This document shows positions 19,993-29,875 of a stretch of DNA of 64,000 bases, one piece after another. This stretch comes from Candidatus Entotheonellaceae bacterium (lineage in GTDB: Bacteria > Tectomicrobia > Entotheonellia > Entotheonellales > Entotheonellaceae), in assembly GCA_965238075.1 (NCBI GenBank), contig OZ250173.1, positions 1,984,001 through 2,048,000 of the forward strand, read 5' to 3'. Under the pieces are notes generated by a model. That model did not search any database. It worked only from the letters and a program-made list of their open reading frames with translations, and was not told the DNA's origin. Made by a program: the position numbers and the translations under genes. The first letter of the stretch is position 1, and every line of letters starts with the position of its first letter.

Positions 19993-20811
19993 CTAGCCGC
20001 TGGGCTTCTCGGCAATGTAAGCCACCTGCCCGAGCCGGCCGGAGGTAGAGAACTGCTGGCTCATCTGCAGGCGGTCGAGCCCTTCGAGATACCGCTCGGT
20101 ACCCCGGATGGCTTCGAACTCTTCGCGGCGCGCGGTGAACCCCTCGACGAGCCGGGTGTAAAAACGCGCGGCGTAGGCGGACGACACGTCCCGGACGGTC
20201 AGGCGGAGGCCCGCCGCCTCGAGCGCCTCGGCATAACTCCGGGGCGTTTCCAGTATGGGAAAATGCCATACCGTAAAGAAATGCTCCCGCCTCTCGGCGG
20301 GCAGCGGGCGCCGCTCCACGTGGTCAAAAATCGCCATGCGCCCGCCGGGTTTCAGGAGGGCGGCGCAGCGCTGGATCAGGGCGGCGCGCTGCGGGATGTG
20401 GCACCAGGTGTCGTAGGTGATCACGACGTCGAACGAGTCGGGCGGCAAGTCAATGGCCTGGATGTCGCCCAAGCGAAACTGCACCCGGTCGTCGAGGCCG
20501 GCTTCCTTCGCCTGCGCCACGGCCCGTTCGTGGCCGACGGCGGAGACGTCCACGCCGAGCACCTGGCAGCCGAGTTGCTCGGCGAAAAAGCACGCCGGGC
20601 CGCCGGTGCCGCTGCCCACGTCCAGAACCGACGTTCCGGCGCCAACCCCGGCGCGCCGCGCGAAGGTGAGCATTTCCCGCGGCAGCAGGGTGCATTCCTG
20701 ACCAATGAAGTCACCCCCGTATCCCAGCGCCGCCGATGACGCCGAGCCGCTGCGCAGCGCGTCGTAGAAACTCGCCGCCGCGGCGCCGGCCTCGCTTTGC
20801 GTCTTGTCCAT
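19993..20811 (-). CDS. Class I SAM-dependent methyltransferase
   Basis: VLDVGSGTGG, SFDVV and LLKPGGR motifs; GGAGGA RBS before ATG 20811. Confidence 0.85.
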   Translation of the reverse strand: MDKTQSEAGAAAASFYDALRSGSASSAALGYGGDFIGQECTLLPREMLTFARRAGVGAGTSVLDVGSGTGGPACFFAEQLGCQVLGVDVSAVGHERAVAQAKEAGLDDRVQFRLGDIQAIDLPPDSFDVVITYDTWCHIPQRAALIQRCAALLKPGGRMAIFDHVERRPLPAERREHFFTVWHFPILETPRSYAEALEAAGLRLTVRDVSSAYAARFYTRLVEGFTARREEFEAIRGTERYLEGLDRLQMSQQFSTSGRLGQVAYIAEKPSG

Positions 20812-20843
20812 TTGCTGTGTTCCTCCCACCGCCCGTGCCGATC

Positions 20844-21671
20844 TCACGCGAGCCAGCGTTTGCGGCGCCGATAGTGTTTGACGTCGCGGTAGCTGCGGCG
20901 CCCGGCGGTACTCAGTCCCAGATAAAACTCCTTCACGTCCTCATTGGTGCGCAGGGTCTCGGCGTCGCCGTCCAGAACGACTCTGCCGTTTTCAAGCACG
21001 TAGCCGTAATCGGCGACCCGCAGCGCCACCGTGGCGTTCTGCTCGGCGAGAAGAAAGCTGACGCCCTCTTCGCGGTTCAGCCGTGTCACGATGTCGAAAA
21101 TTTCCGCCACCAACTGGGGTGCCAGGCCCATGGACGGCTCGTCCAGCAGGATGAGCTTGGGGCGGGCCATCAGGGCGCGCCCGATAACCATCATCTGCTG
21201 CTCGCCGCCCGACACGTAGCCGGCCTTGGCGTGCCGCCGCTCGGCCAGCCGCGGGAAGTAGGTATACACCATGTCCATGTCCCGCTGCAGCGCCGGGCGC
21301 CCGGCGTGCCGCGTGTAGGCGCCGGCTAGCAGGTTCTCTTCGCAGGTGAGGTGCCCGAACGGGTGGCGCCCCTCCATCACCTGGATGATGCCCTGCCGAA
21401 CCAGGGTCGACGGATTGAGTCGGTCGATCCGCTGGCCCTGGTATTCGATGCTGCCCTTGGTGACTTCACCGCGCTCGACGCGCAACAGGTTGGAGATGGC
21501 TTTCAGCGTCGTCGTCTTGCCCGCCCCGTTGGCCCCGAGCAGGGTGACGATGCGCCCCTCCGGGACCTCCAGGGAGACGCCCTTGAGGACGAGGATGACG
21601 TGGTCGTAGATGACCTCGATGTTGTTGACGTTCAGGAGCGTCTGGCTCGACGCATTCGTGGCGGCAGTCAC
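20844..21671 (-). CDS. Branched-chain-type ABC transporter ATPase (LivF-like)
   Basis: GANGAGKTT, SGGEQQM, LLDEPSMGLAP. Confidence 0.93.
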   Translation of the reverse strand: MTAATNASSQTLLNVNNIEVIYDHVILVLKGVSLEVPEGRIVTLLGANGAGKTTTLKAISNLLRVERGEVTKGSIEYQGQRIDRLNPSTLVRQGIIQVMEGRHPFGHLTCEENLLAGAYTRHAGRPALQRDMDMVYTYFPRLAERRHAKAGYVSGGEQQMMVIGRALMARPKLILLDEPSMGLAPQLVAEIFDIVTRLNREEGVSFLLAEQNATVALRVADYGYVLENGRVVLDGDAETLRTNEDVKEFYLGLSTAGRRSYRDVKHYRRRKRWLA

Positions 21672-21683
21672 AAGCGCTCCACC

Positions 21684-23012
21684 TTACCCTTCCGCGGCGC
21701 AATCGCGCGGCGTGATGTTGTTTTCCTTGGCGTATTCTGCCGCCGCCTTCTCGATCTGCGGCCGTACCACCTCACGCATCGGGGTAATCCAGTCGCTCAC
21801 CTTGTCCCACGTACGGCCGTTCCATTGCTGGATGTATACGGGTCCATTACCTTCGTGATCCTCACAGGTGACCTTGATGGGTTTAGCAAAACCGGCCAAG
21901 CCGAGCTCGTTCAGGCGTGCTTTGGTCAGATCCAGGTTTTCCAGCCCCCAGCGTACCTGTTCGCCCGTCATCGGCTGGTTGCCAAAACGCCCCATGGCCG
22001 TGCGGATGGCCTCGGTGTCGTATACGGCGTTCATGATGCCGCGGTTGTATAGTACCTCACCGAAGTTTTTGCCGGCGGCTGCCGCCTGGTCGCCGCCGTA
22101 TATCTGCGACAGGATGGCCTCGTGCACCGGAAAGCCCGCTCCGGCGCCGTGGAAGTTGCCGGCCTTGTAGCCGATGGCGCCGTCACCCGCAGGTACGACG
22201 TCCGACTCGGTCCCCGACCACCACACGCCGATGAAGTGGTCCATCGGGTAGCGGATCGATGCGGCTTCCTTGATTGCCACCTGGTTCATGACGCCCCAGC
22301 CCCACATGAAAATCCAGTCCGGACGGTAGCGGCGCACCTGCAGCCAGGTGGATTTCTGTTCCTGACCCGGATGATCGACGGCAAGCAATTTGAGGTCGTA
22401 GCCGTATTTTTCGGCGAGAATCGTCAGCGTCGGGATCGGCTCCTTGCCGTACGGGCTGTTGTGGTACACCAGGGCGATTTTCTTGCCCTGCAGCGCCTCC
22501 ATGCCGCCTTCCTGCTGCCCGACGTATTTGACGAATGTGGATGCCTGGCTCCAGTACGTGGTGGGGAAATTGAAAATCCACTTGAAGATGCGCCCGTCAG
22601 CCGCCGCGGTGCGCCCGTAGCCCATCGAGTGGATGGGCAACTGGTCCACCGACGCCTTGGGGATGAGCTGGTAAGTGATGCCGGTGCTGTAGGGATTGAT
22701 CAGCGAGGCGCCCGTTGCGCCTCTGTTTTTCAGTCTTTCGTAGCACTCGACGCCCAGCTTGGTGTTGTACTTCGTCTCGCACTCTTCCCAGGTGATCTTG
22801 ACGCCGTTGATGCCGCCGTCGCGCGCGTTGAGTAGCTTGATGTAATCGACATAGCCGTTGGCCACCGGGATGCCGTTCGGCGCATAAGGCCCCGTGCGGT
22901 AAACGAAGAGCGGGATGAATTGCTCGTCCTGGCCCCACACCGGAGCCACCAGGAGCAACGCCGCCAATACCGCCGCCCCGGCCAGCACGCCGGGCGTTTT
23001 CGTACGTTTCAT
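21684..23012 (-). CDS. ABC transporter substrate-binding protein (Liv-type)
   Basis: Signal peptide, YRTGPYAPNG, RDGGINGVK; belongs to the Liv/acyl-CoA ligase operon. Confidence 0.9.
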   Translation of the reverse strand: MKRTKTPGVLAGAAVLAALLLVAPVWGQDEQFIPLFVYRTGPYAPNGIPVANGYVDYIKLLNARDGGINGVKITWEECETKYNTKLGVECYERLKNRGATGASLINPYSTGITYQLIPKASVDQLPIHSMGYGRTAAADGRIFKWIFNFPTTYWSQASTFVKYVGQQEGGMEALQGKKIALVYHNSPYGKEPIPTLTILAEKYGYDLKLLAVDHPGQEQKSTWLQVRRYRPDWIFMWGWGVMNQVAIKEAASIRYPMDHFIGVWWSGTESDVVPAGDGAIGYKAGNFHGAGAGFPVHEAILSQIYGGDQAAAAGKNFGEVLYNRGIMNAVYDTEAIRTAMGRFGNQPMTGEQVRWGLENLDLTKARLNELGLAGFAKPIKVTCEDHEGNGPVYIQQWNGRTWDKVSDWITPMREVVRPQIEKAAAEYAKENNITPRDCAAEG

Positions 23013-23144
23013 GACAAGTCTCCATCGAAAGGTTGCAAGTGATTGATTTATCGGCAGAACGCGCCGTTGTCGTCCTGGATAAGGCGGCGTCTATTGTAAA
23101 CGCGCCCGTTGCGCTAACGCAAATCAGCGAGTCGCTAAAAGCCT

Positions 23145-23178
23145 GCAGGTCGGATTAGCGCAGCGTAATCCGACATTC
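23145..23178 (+). repeat. REP copy of the 17134 family
   Basis: GCAGGTCGGATTAGCGCAGCGTAATCCGACATTC, at the edge of the TA insertion. Confidence 0.8.
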
Positions 23179-23257
23179 CACCCCTGACCACCCCTTTGAG
23201 GCATTGGGCAATCTGATCTATGATGGACTAGATTAAACTTTTCCAGGGAGTGCATCA

Positions 23258-23536
23258 ATGCCTAACACCAAACCCCACCGCGTCTGGACCGTCGCCGAAG
23301 CCAAGGCTCGCTTATCGGAAATTCTCCGGCTTGCGGAAACAGAGGGTCCCCAGTGCATCGGTGCGCGGAAACCCTTCATTGTAGTGCCTGCCCAAGTGTG
23401 GGCTGAGCGTGAGACGCCTCGCACACCGCTTGGCCGATGGCTGGTTGAAAACACGCCGCGTGGAACGAGCCTTGAAATCCCCAGTCGCCACGACCGAGGA
23501 CGCGAGATCCCGTTTATCAATGAAGCGGACGCATGA
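23258..23536 (+). CDS. Phd/prevent-host-death family antitoxin
   Basis: WTVAEAKARLSEIL..A..EGPQ; ATGA overlap with a PIN gene. Confidence 0.85.
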   Translation: MPNTKPHRVWTVAEAKARLSEILRLAETEGPQCIGARKPFIVVPAQVWAERETPRTPLGRWLVENTPRGTSLEIPSRHDRGREIPFINEADA

Positions 23537-23952
23537 GTGGTTATCTCCTGGATACCAACGTGGTTTCGGAGTTATCGAAACAGACCCCGCACCCAGGCAT
23601 TGTGGCGTTTCTGGATGCCGAGGATGACCTTTGGCTATCGGTCATCGTTCTCGAAGAGCTTGAATTGGGTGTGCGACTGCTCCCGGAGAGCCGCCGTCGC
23701 AGCCGATTGAGGGACTGGCTATCCCAACTGACGGTGGACTTTGCCGCACGTGTCTTGCCTATCGGGAGACGGGAAGCTGAGCAGGCCGCTGTGTTCCAGG
23801 CACGCGCGCGCCGGGATGGCAGGGTGCTGCACCTTGCCGACGCACTTATTGCGGGGACGGCCATTACTCACGATTTGGCTGTGGTAACCCGTAACGCCAG
23901 AGATTTTGACGGTTTGGACATTGGCGTGATAAACCCCTGGCAAACGCCATGA
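23533..23952 (+). CDS. vapC: VapC-family PIN toxin
   Basis: YLLDTNVVSEL, DALIAGTA, VTRNARDF. Confidence 0.92.
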   Translation: MSGYLLDTNVVSELSKQTPHPGIVAFLDAEDDLWLSVIVLEELELGVRLLPESRRRSRLRDWLSQLTVDFAARVLPIGRREAEQAAVFQARARRDGRVLHLADALIAGTAITHDLAVVTRNARDFDGLDIGVINPWQTP

Positions 23953-24002
23953 GCATCTCACCGAATACGACGTTGGGCAGGCCGCACAGGTCTGAGCAGC
24001 GA

Positions 24003-25079
24003 TCAATACGGGAACGGCCAGCGGCGCAGTTTTTCTTTGCCGATTTGCCACAGGCGGGCGAGGCCGCGGGGTTCAAGGATGAGGAAGGCAATGATGAAGC
24101 CGCCGAAGACGATGAACTCGATTTCCTTGGCGAGGTCGACAGGCATATCAAGGCCGACGAGGTGGGGCGCGTTGGTGAGGAAAATGGGCAGCATGGTAAT
24201 GAACGCCGCCCCGATGATGGAGCCGAGGATGCTGCCCAGGCCGCCGATGATGACCATGAAAAGCACCTCGAACGACACGTTGATGTCAAAGGCCAGGGTT
24301 TCGACGCTGCCGAGGTAGACGAATAGCATCAGGGCGCCGGCGATGCCGCAGTAGAACGAGCTGACGGCGAAGGCCGACAGCTTGGTCGTCAGGGGCCGGA
24401 TGCCGATGATCTCCGCCGCCACGTCCATGTCGCGGATGGCCATCCAGGTGCGGCCGATCTCACTACGCACCAGATTCTTGGCGATCAGGGCGAAGACCAC
24501 CACGAAGCTCAGCACCACCAGGTAGCGCACCGCGGCGGTGGCTTCGGGGCCGGTCACCATGATGCCCATAAGGGTTCGCGGCGGCGCGGTGATGGTGCCG
24601 GACGGGTTGTAGTTGTAGAACCAGGCGACGCGGTTGAACAGCCAGGTGAGGAAAAACTGCGCCGCCAGCGTTGTCACCGCCAGATACAGCCCCTTGATGC
24701 GCAGGCTCGGCAGCCCGAACACCAGGCCGACGCCGGCGGCCATGACGCCCGCAAACAGGAAGACGACCACCATATTCAGTTCCGGCATGGCGGTGGTCAA
24801 CTTGTAGGCGGTGTAGGCGCCAACCGCCATGAAGCCGCCGGTGCCGAGGGACAACTGACCGGTGTAGCCGGTGAGCAGATTGAGGCCGATGGCTGCCAAG
24901 GCATAGATCAGGAAGGGAATGAGCACGGCTTGCAGCCAGTACTCATTGGCCAGGGTCGGCACGACCCCGTACGCCGCCACCAGCACCAGCGCGACGCACC
25001 AGCGGTCCTGGGCAATCGGAAAGATGGCCTGATCGCGCCGGTACGACGTTTTGAACTGCCCGGTCTCACGATACAGCAT
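24003..25079 (-). CDS. Branched-chain-type ABC permease (LivM-like)
   Basis: MLYRETGQFKTSY, GLNLLTGYTGQLSLG, LRIKGLYLA, IIGGLGSILG; real start ATG 25079. Confidence 0.9.
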   Translation of the reverse strand: MLYRETGQFKTSYRRDQAIFPIAQDRWCVALVLVAAYGVVPTLANEYWLQAVLIPFLIYALAAIGLNLLTGYTGQLSLGTGGFMAVGAYTAYKLTTAMPELNMVVVFLFAGVMAAGVGLVFGLPSLRIKGLYLAVTTLAAQFFLTWLFNRVAWFYNYNPSGTITAPPRTLMGIMVTGPEATAAVRYLVVLSFVVVFALIAKNLVRSEIGRTWMAIRDMDVAAEIIGIRPLTTKLSAFAVSSFYCGIAGALMLFVYLGSVETLAFDINVSFEVLFMVIIGGLGSILGSIIGAAFITMLPIFLTNAPHLVGLDMPVDLAKEIEFIVFGGFIIAFLILEPRGLARLWQIGKEKLRRWPFPY

Positions 25080-25081
25080 GC

Positions 25082-26017
25082 TTATACCCTTTCGATGATT
25101 TCTTCCCCGAACAGCCCCTGCGGCCTGAAGAACAACACGACCATTGCCAGCACGTAGGCGAACCAGTTCTCGATGGCGCCGCCAAAGGCCGGACCCCAGT
25201 AGACCTCGCCGATTTTCTCCCCAACCCCGATGATGAGCCCGCCGACAATGGCGCCGGGGATGGACGTGATGCCACCCAGAATCAGCACCGGCAGGGCCTT
25301 TAACGCAATGAGCGACAGGCTGAACTGCACGCCGCTCTTCGATCCCCACATAATGCCCGCAACCAGGGCCACCAGACCTGCCACGGACCACACCGTGACC
25401 CAGATCGTCTGCAACGGAATGCCCACCGCGGTCGCCGCCTGATGGTCGTCCGCCACGGCGCGTAAAGCCCGCCCGATGGCGGTCTTCTGGGACAACACGG
25501 CCAGCAGGACCACCAGCACCGCGGCGGTCAACGCGGAAAACAACTCGAACTGGTTGAGCAGCATGCCGGCGAAATCGAAGGAATCGTCCGGGATGCCCAG
25601 GTCCAGGCGCTTGACGTTGCTGCCCCACAGCAGCTCGCCAAAGCCTTCGAGGAAGAACGACAGCCCGATGGTTGCCATCAGCAGCGTCAGCGGGTCCTGA
25701 TTGACCAGCGGCCGCAACACCAGCCGTTCGATGCCGTAGGCCAGCGCCACCATGACCGCGACGGTGACGGGCAGCGCGACCCAGACCGGCACGCCGCGCT
25801 CCATCTGCCCGACGAGCGTCAGGGCGGCGAACAGCACCATGATGCCCTGGGAAAAATTGAATACGCCGGAAGCCTTGAAGATGAGCACGAAGCCGAGCGC
25901 CACCATCGAATACATGACGCCCGTCATGAGCCCGCCGAGCACGACCTCGGCAAAGAAAATCGGAGCCGACAGGATCTCCGTAAATGGCGTCACAAACCAA
26001 ATGTCGAAGAAGCCCAT
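25082..26017 (-). CDS. Branched-chain-type ABC permease (LivH-like)
   Basis: YSMVALGFVLIFKASGVFNF, GRALRAVADD, FRPQGLFG. Confidence 0.9.
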   Translation of the reverse strand: MGFFDIWFVTPFTEILSAPIFFAEVVLGGLMTGVMYSMVALGFVLIFKASGVFNFSQGIMVLFAALTLVGQMERGVPVWVALPVTVAVMVALAYGIERLVLRPLVNQDPLTLLMATIGLSFFLEGFGELLWGSNVKRLDLGIPDDSFDFAGMLLNQFELFSALTAAVLVVLLAVLSQKTAIGRALRAVADDHQAATAVGIPLQTIWVTVWSVAGLVALVAGIMWGSKSGVQFSLSLIALKALPVLILGGITSIPGAIVGGLIIGVGEKIGEVYWGPAFGGAIENWFAYVLAMVVLFFRPQGLFGEEIIERV

Positions 26018-26051
26018 GTGAACGGAACCCTCGGAGAAATTTGCGTTGGCG

Positions 26052-26834
26052 TCAGGTGTGCGCCACACCCAGGTAGGCGTCGATGACGTCCGGGTTGGCG
26101 CGCACCTCGTCCGGCGATCCGTCGGCGATCTTGCGGCCGTAGTCGAGCACCACGACGCGGTCCGAGATGTCCATCACCACGCCCATGTCGTGCTCGATGA
26201 GCACGCAGGTAATGTCAAACTCGTCGCGAATGTCGAGGATGAAGCGGCACATGTCCTCCTTCTCCTCCACGTTCATGCCGGCCATGGGTTCATCGAGCAG
26301 CAGCAGGCGCGGTTCGGCGGCCAGCGCACGGCCCAATTCAACGCGTTTCTGCAAGCCGTATGGCAGGCGCCCGACCGGAGTCTTGCGAATGGCCTCGATC
26401 TCCAGAAAGTTGATTACCCGCTCGACGTACGCCCGCTGCGACTCCTCCTCACGCAGCGCCCGGCCCCAGTACAGCGCCTGGCTCAGCAGGCCGCTGCGCA
26501 TGTGCAGAACGCGGCCGGTCATGAGGTTGTCGAGGGTGCTCATGCCCTTGAACAACGCCACGTTCTGAAAGGTGCGCGCGATGCCCTGGCGGGCGACGTG
26601 ATAGGGACGCAGGTTGCGCGGGCGGGCCTGACCCATGAACACCAGACGGCCCTGCTGGGGGCGATAGACGCCGTTGATGACGTTAAGCAGCGAGGTCTTG
26701 CCGGCGCCGTTGGGACCGATGATGGCCAGGATTTCACCACCGTATACCTCGATGCTGACGTCGATCAGCGCTCGCACGGCATCGAAGGACAGGCTGACGC
26801 CTTCGACGCTTAACAGACTCTCTCGGTTGCCCAT
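26052..26834 (-). CDS. Branched-chain-type ABC ATPase (LivG-like)
   Basis: GPNGAGKTS, RTFQN, LPYGLQKRVE, LIEHDM. Confidence 0.93.
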   Translation of the reverse strand: MGNRESLLSVEGVSLSFDAVRALIDVSIEVYGGEILAIIGPNGAGKTSLLNVINGVYRPQQGRLVFMGQARPRNLRPYHVARQGIARTFQNVALFKGMSTLDNLMTGRVLHMRSGLLSQALYWGRALREEESQRAYVERVINFLEIEAIRKTPVGRLPYGLQKRVELGRALAAEPRLLLLDEPMAGMNVEEKEDMCRFILDIRDEFDITCVLIEHDMGVVMDISDRVVVLDYGRKIADGSPDEVRANPDVIDAYLGVAHT

Positions 26835-26837
26835 GTT

Positions 26838-28820
26838 TCAGTCCGCTCCCCCAACCGGCGTCAGGGGAGAGCCGGCCAGCGTTTCCGAGGGCTGTGGGGT
26901 GACGCTGCGGAGCCGCAGGTCCGCCTTCATCAAGCCGGTGCGGCCGTCTTCAAAAACCACCTGCGCCTCAATCGACACGGACTCATTGTCGCTATACAGC
27001 GCTTCGATGAGGTCGCCGTACTTGTCGGCGACGACGCGCCGTCGCACCTTGCGGGTGCGGGTCAGCTCGCCGTCGTCGGGGTCGAGTTCCTTGTGCAGCA
27101 CCAGAAAGCGCCGCATCTGGACGCCGGCCATTTGCGGCTCCTCGGCCAGACTGGCGTTGACGCGCTCGATCTCGCTCTGCACGAGATCGTAGACTTCCGA
27201 ACGCGCCGCCAGATCGGCGTAGCTGGTATAGACCAGGCCGCGGCGCTCGGCCCAGGTGCCGACCGCCTCCAGGTCGATGTTGATGAAGGCGCTGACGTAG
27301 GGCCGTTCCTGGCCGAAGGCGACGGCCTCTTTGATATAGGGGCTGAATTTCAGCTTGTTTTCGAGGTAGCGCGGTGCGAACAGCGTCTCCTGCCCGTCGG
27401 CGAGGTGGCTGACGTCGCGGGCGCGGTCGATGATCTTCAAGTGGCCCGCGTCGTCCAGGTAGCCGGCGTCGCCCGAATGCACCCAGCCGTCCTCCATCGC
27501 CTCAGCAGTGGCGTCGGGGTTCTTGTAATAGCCCATGAACACGCCCGGACTGCGGTACATGACCTCGCCGTCGGCGGCGATCTTGAGTTCCACGTCGGGC
27601 ATGACCGTACCGACGGTATCGGGCTTCACGTCGCCGTCCGGCTGCACGCAGACGAAGACACTGGCTTCCGTCATGCCGTAAAGCTGCTTGATGTTGATGC
27701 CGAGCGAGCGGTAGAAGGTGAAAATCTCGGAGCCGATGGCCTCGCCGGCGGTGTAGGCCAGGCGGATGCGGCTGAAGCCCAGGTTGTCCTTGAGCGGCCC
27801 GTAGACCAGCGCGTGGCCGAGACGGTACAGGAAGGCGTCAAAGGGGTTGACGGCCTCATTGGCGAGCTTGCGGGTGCCGACGCGCTGCGCTACCTGCAGG
27901 AAGAAGTGGCACACCTTGCGCTTGATCCAGGCGGCGTCCTCGAGGCGAATCATCACCGACGTCAGGATGTTTTCCCACATGCGCGGCGGTGCGAAGAAGT
28001 AGGTCGGGCCGATGTCGTGCAGGTCCGTGAGCACCGTGTCGCTGCTCTCCGGGCAATTGAGGGTGAAGCCGCCGCAATAGAACTGGCCGTATGAAAAGAT
28101 GTGGTCGCCGACCCACGCCATCGGCAGGTACGACAGGATTTCCTCGCTCTCCCCCAGCCCCTCGCGCTGCAGCGCGTTGCGGGAGGTGACGGCGATGTTG
28201 TCGTACGACAGCATGACGCCCTTCGGTTGCCCCGTGGTGCCGGAGGTGTAGAGAATGACCGCCAGGTCGCCGCCCTTGCCCAGGGCGACCTGTTCCTCGA
28301 AAAATCCGGGCTGCTGGGCGTCGAACTCGCGGCCCGCCGCCTGGATGGCCTCGAAGGCGAACAGGAACGGCTCGTTGTAGTGGCGCAGCCCGCGCGGGTC
28401 GTCATAAACGATCAGTTCGAGCTGCGGGCAGCGCGGCATGACGAGCAGCAGCTTGTCCACCTGCTCCTGGTCTTCGACGATGGCAAAGCGCGTTTCGGCG
28501 TGCTCCAGAACGAACTGCATCTCGTCGGCCACGGCGTCCTGGTACAGCGGCACCGGCACCCCGCCGACGCATTGCGTCGCCACCATGGCCCAGTATAGCT
28601 GCGGCCGGTTGTCGCCGATGATCGCCACCTTGTCGCCGCGTTGCAGACCCTTGGCGGCCAGCCCGCAAGCCAGTGCCCGCACCTCGTCGCGTATCTGTCC
28701 CCAACTGTATTCCAGCCAGATACCGAGGTCCTTCTCGCGCATGGCGGTACGCTCCGCATGGCGGCCGGCGCGGTCGAGGAGAAACTTGGGAAAGGTGTCG
28801 GGCGCACTGGGCTGTTGCAT
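26838..28820 (-). CDS. Long-chain acyl-CoA synthetase heading the Liv-type operon
   Basis: YTSGTTGQPKG, QLYGMTE, GWVHSGDAG, ELTRTRKVRR. Confidence 0.92.
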   Translation of the reverse strand: MQQPSAPDTFPKFLLDRAGRHAERTAMREKDLGIWLEYSWGQIRDEVRALACGLAAKGLQRGDKVAIIGDNRPQLYWAMVATQCVGGVPVPLYQDAVADEMQFVLEHAETRFAIVEDQEQVDKLLLVMPRCPQLELIVYDDPRGLRHYNEPFLFAFEAIQAAGREFDAQQPGFFEEQVALGKGGDLAVILYTSGTTGQPKGVMLSYDNIAVTSRNALQREGLGESEEILSYLPMAWVGDHIFSYGQFYCGGFTLNCPESSDTVLTDLHDIGPTYFFAPPRMWENILTSVMIRLEDAAWIKRKVCHFFLQVAQRVGTRKLANEAVNPFDAFLYRLGHALVYGPLKDNLGFSRIRLAYTAGEAIGSEIFTFYRSLGINIKQLYGMTEASVFVCVQPDGDVKPDTVGTVMPDVELKIAADGEVMYRSPGVFMGYYKNPDATAEAMEDGWVHSGDAGYLDDAGHLKIIDRARDVSHLADGQETLFAPRYLENKLKFSPYIKEAVAFGQERPYVSAFINIDLEAVGTWAERRGLVYTSYADLAARSEVYDLVQSEIERVNASLAEEPQMAGVQMRRFLVLHKELDPDDGELTRTRKVRRRVVADKYGDLIEALYSDNESVSIEAQVVFEDGRTGLMKADLRLRSVTPQPSETLAGSPLTPVGGAD

Positions 28821-28952
28821 GGGGTTCGTTCTCTATTCAACGGGTGAAGGTTGAGGGTCAAACGGATTCTAGGCCAGCAGGGGGTAAAGGGGAGACAGTC
28901 TGCCGCACGGCGAGTCAAATTGCAAATGGCGCGGTGGCGGGGCCAGCCGAAA

Positions 28953-29825
28953 TCAGGAGACCAGAAAGCGTTTGACGATCATCACCGGGAGGAGGGATTT
29001 GGCCGCCACGGCGTTGGAAATGCTGCCGATCATCAGGCGTTTGAGGCCGGTCATGCCGCGCGATCCCATGACGATGGCGTCGCACTGGCGGCTGCTGGCG
29101 GTTTCCAGAACAGCCTCGGTGACGTTGCCGTAGGCCAGATGGGCCTCGTACGTGACGCCCGCGGTGGCGGCGCGTGCCTCGGCATGGGCGAGGATGCCCT
29201 TGGCGCCGGAGTTGTCGTCGAAGGCGTCCTTGGAGGCGGAAGCGCGGCTGGCGTCAACGCACAGGATACAGACTTCCAGCCCGTTTTCCTGTGCCAGCTT
29301 GAGGGCATGATCCACGGCCATGTCCGACCACGGCGAGCCGCCGGTGGCTATCAAGAGGCGGCGCCACGTGGGCTGCCCGGACTTCACGGTGGGGGGATGC
29401 TTAATGACCAGAATGGGCTGTTCGCAGCGGGCGGTAACGGCATTCAGGGTGCGCCCGATCATGAGGCGTTTCCAGCCGGTGACGACACGCGAGCCGAGGA
29501 CGATGAGGTCGCACTGCTCCTCATGGGCCGTCTGCAGAATGGTTTCCGGCACGCTGCCCCATTTGGCGACCACGCTGTAGGACACCTTGGCGGCATCGGC
29601 TCTTGCCGAGGCCTGGGCAATCAGTTCGTGCCCCTGGCGCTCGATACTCTCCATGAGCAACTCGGAGGACGACATCACGTCGGGCATGGTGTAGGCCACC
29701 GGACTGGCCAGCACGGTGAGAATCGTCAAGTCGGTGCCCGCGGCGGCGACCAGGGAGATGGCGTAGCTCAGAGCGGCGTCCGACCACGGGCTTCCCCCGA
29801 TGGCCACCAGCACTTTTCTGTACAT
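28953..29825 (-). CDS. Tandem-domain universal stress protein
   Basis: Two Usp domains (KVLVAIGGSPWS...DLIVLGSR; LLIATGGSPWS...IVMGSRG...IGSIS). Confidence 0.9.
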   Translation of the reverse strand: MYRKVLVAIGGSPWSDAALSYAISLVAAAGTDLTILTVLASPVAYTMPDVMSSSELLMESIERQGHELIAQASARADAAKVSYSVVAKWGSVPETILQTAHEEQCDLIVLGSRVVTGWKRLMIGRTLNAVTARCEQPILVIKHPPTVKSGQPTWRRLLIATGGSPWSDMAVDHALKLAQENGLEVCILCVDASRASASKDAFDDNSGAKGILAHAEARAATAGVTYEAHLAYGNVTEAVLETASSRQCDAIVMGSRGMTGLKRLMIGSISNAVAAKSLLPVMIVKRFLVS

Positions 29826-29875
29826 GACAGCTTCCCTCCTGTCCTTGGCGGGAAATCGGTCAATCCCGATGCGTC

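Noticed and set aside
24003-26000. 665-aa ORF as a fused permease (likewise the extended ORFs 60418-62235, 5556-6371, 39658-41163, 61998-62729)
   Set aside because: The N-terminal extensions overlap neighbouring real genes in other frames; the true starts are internal.
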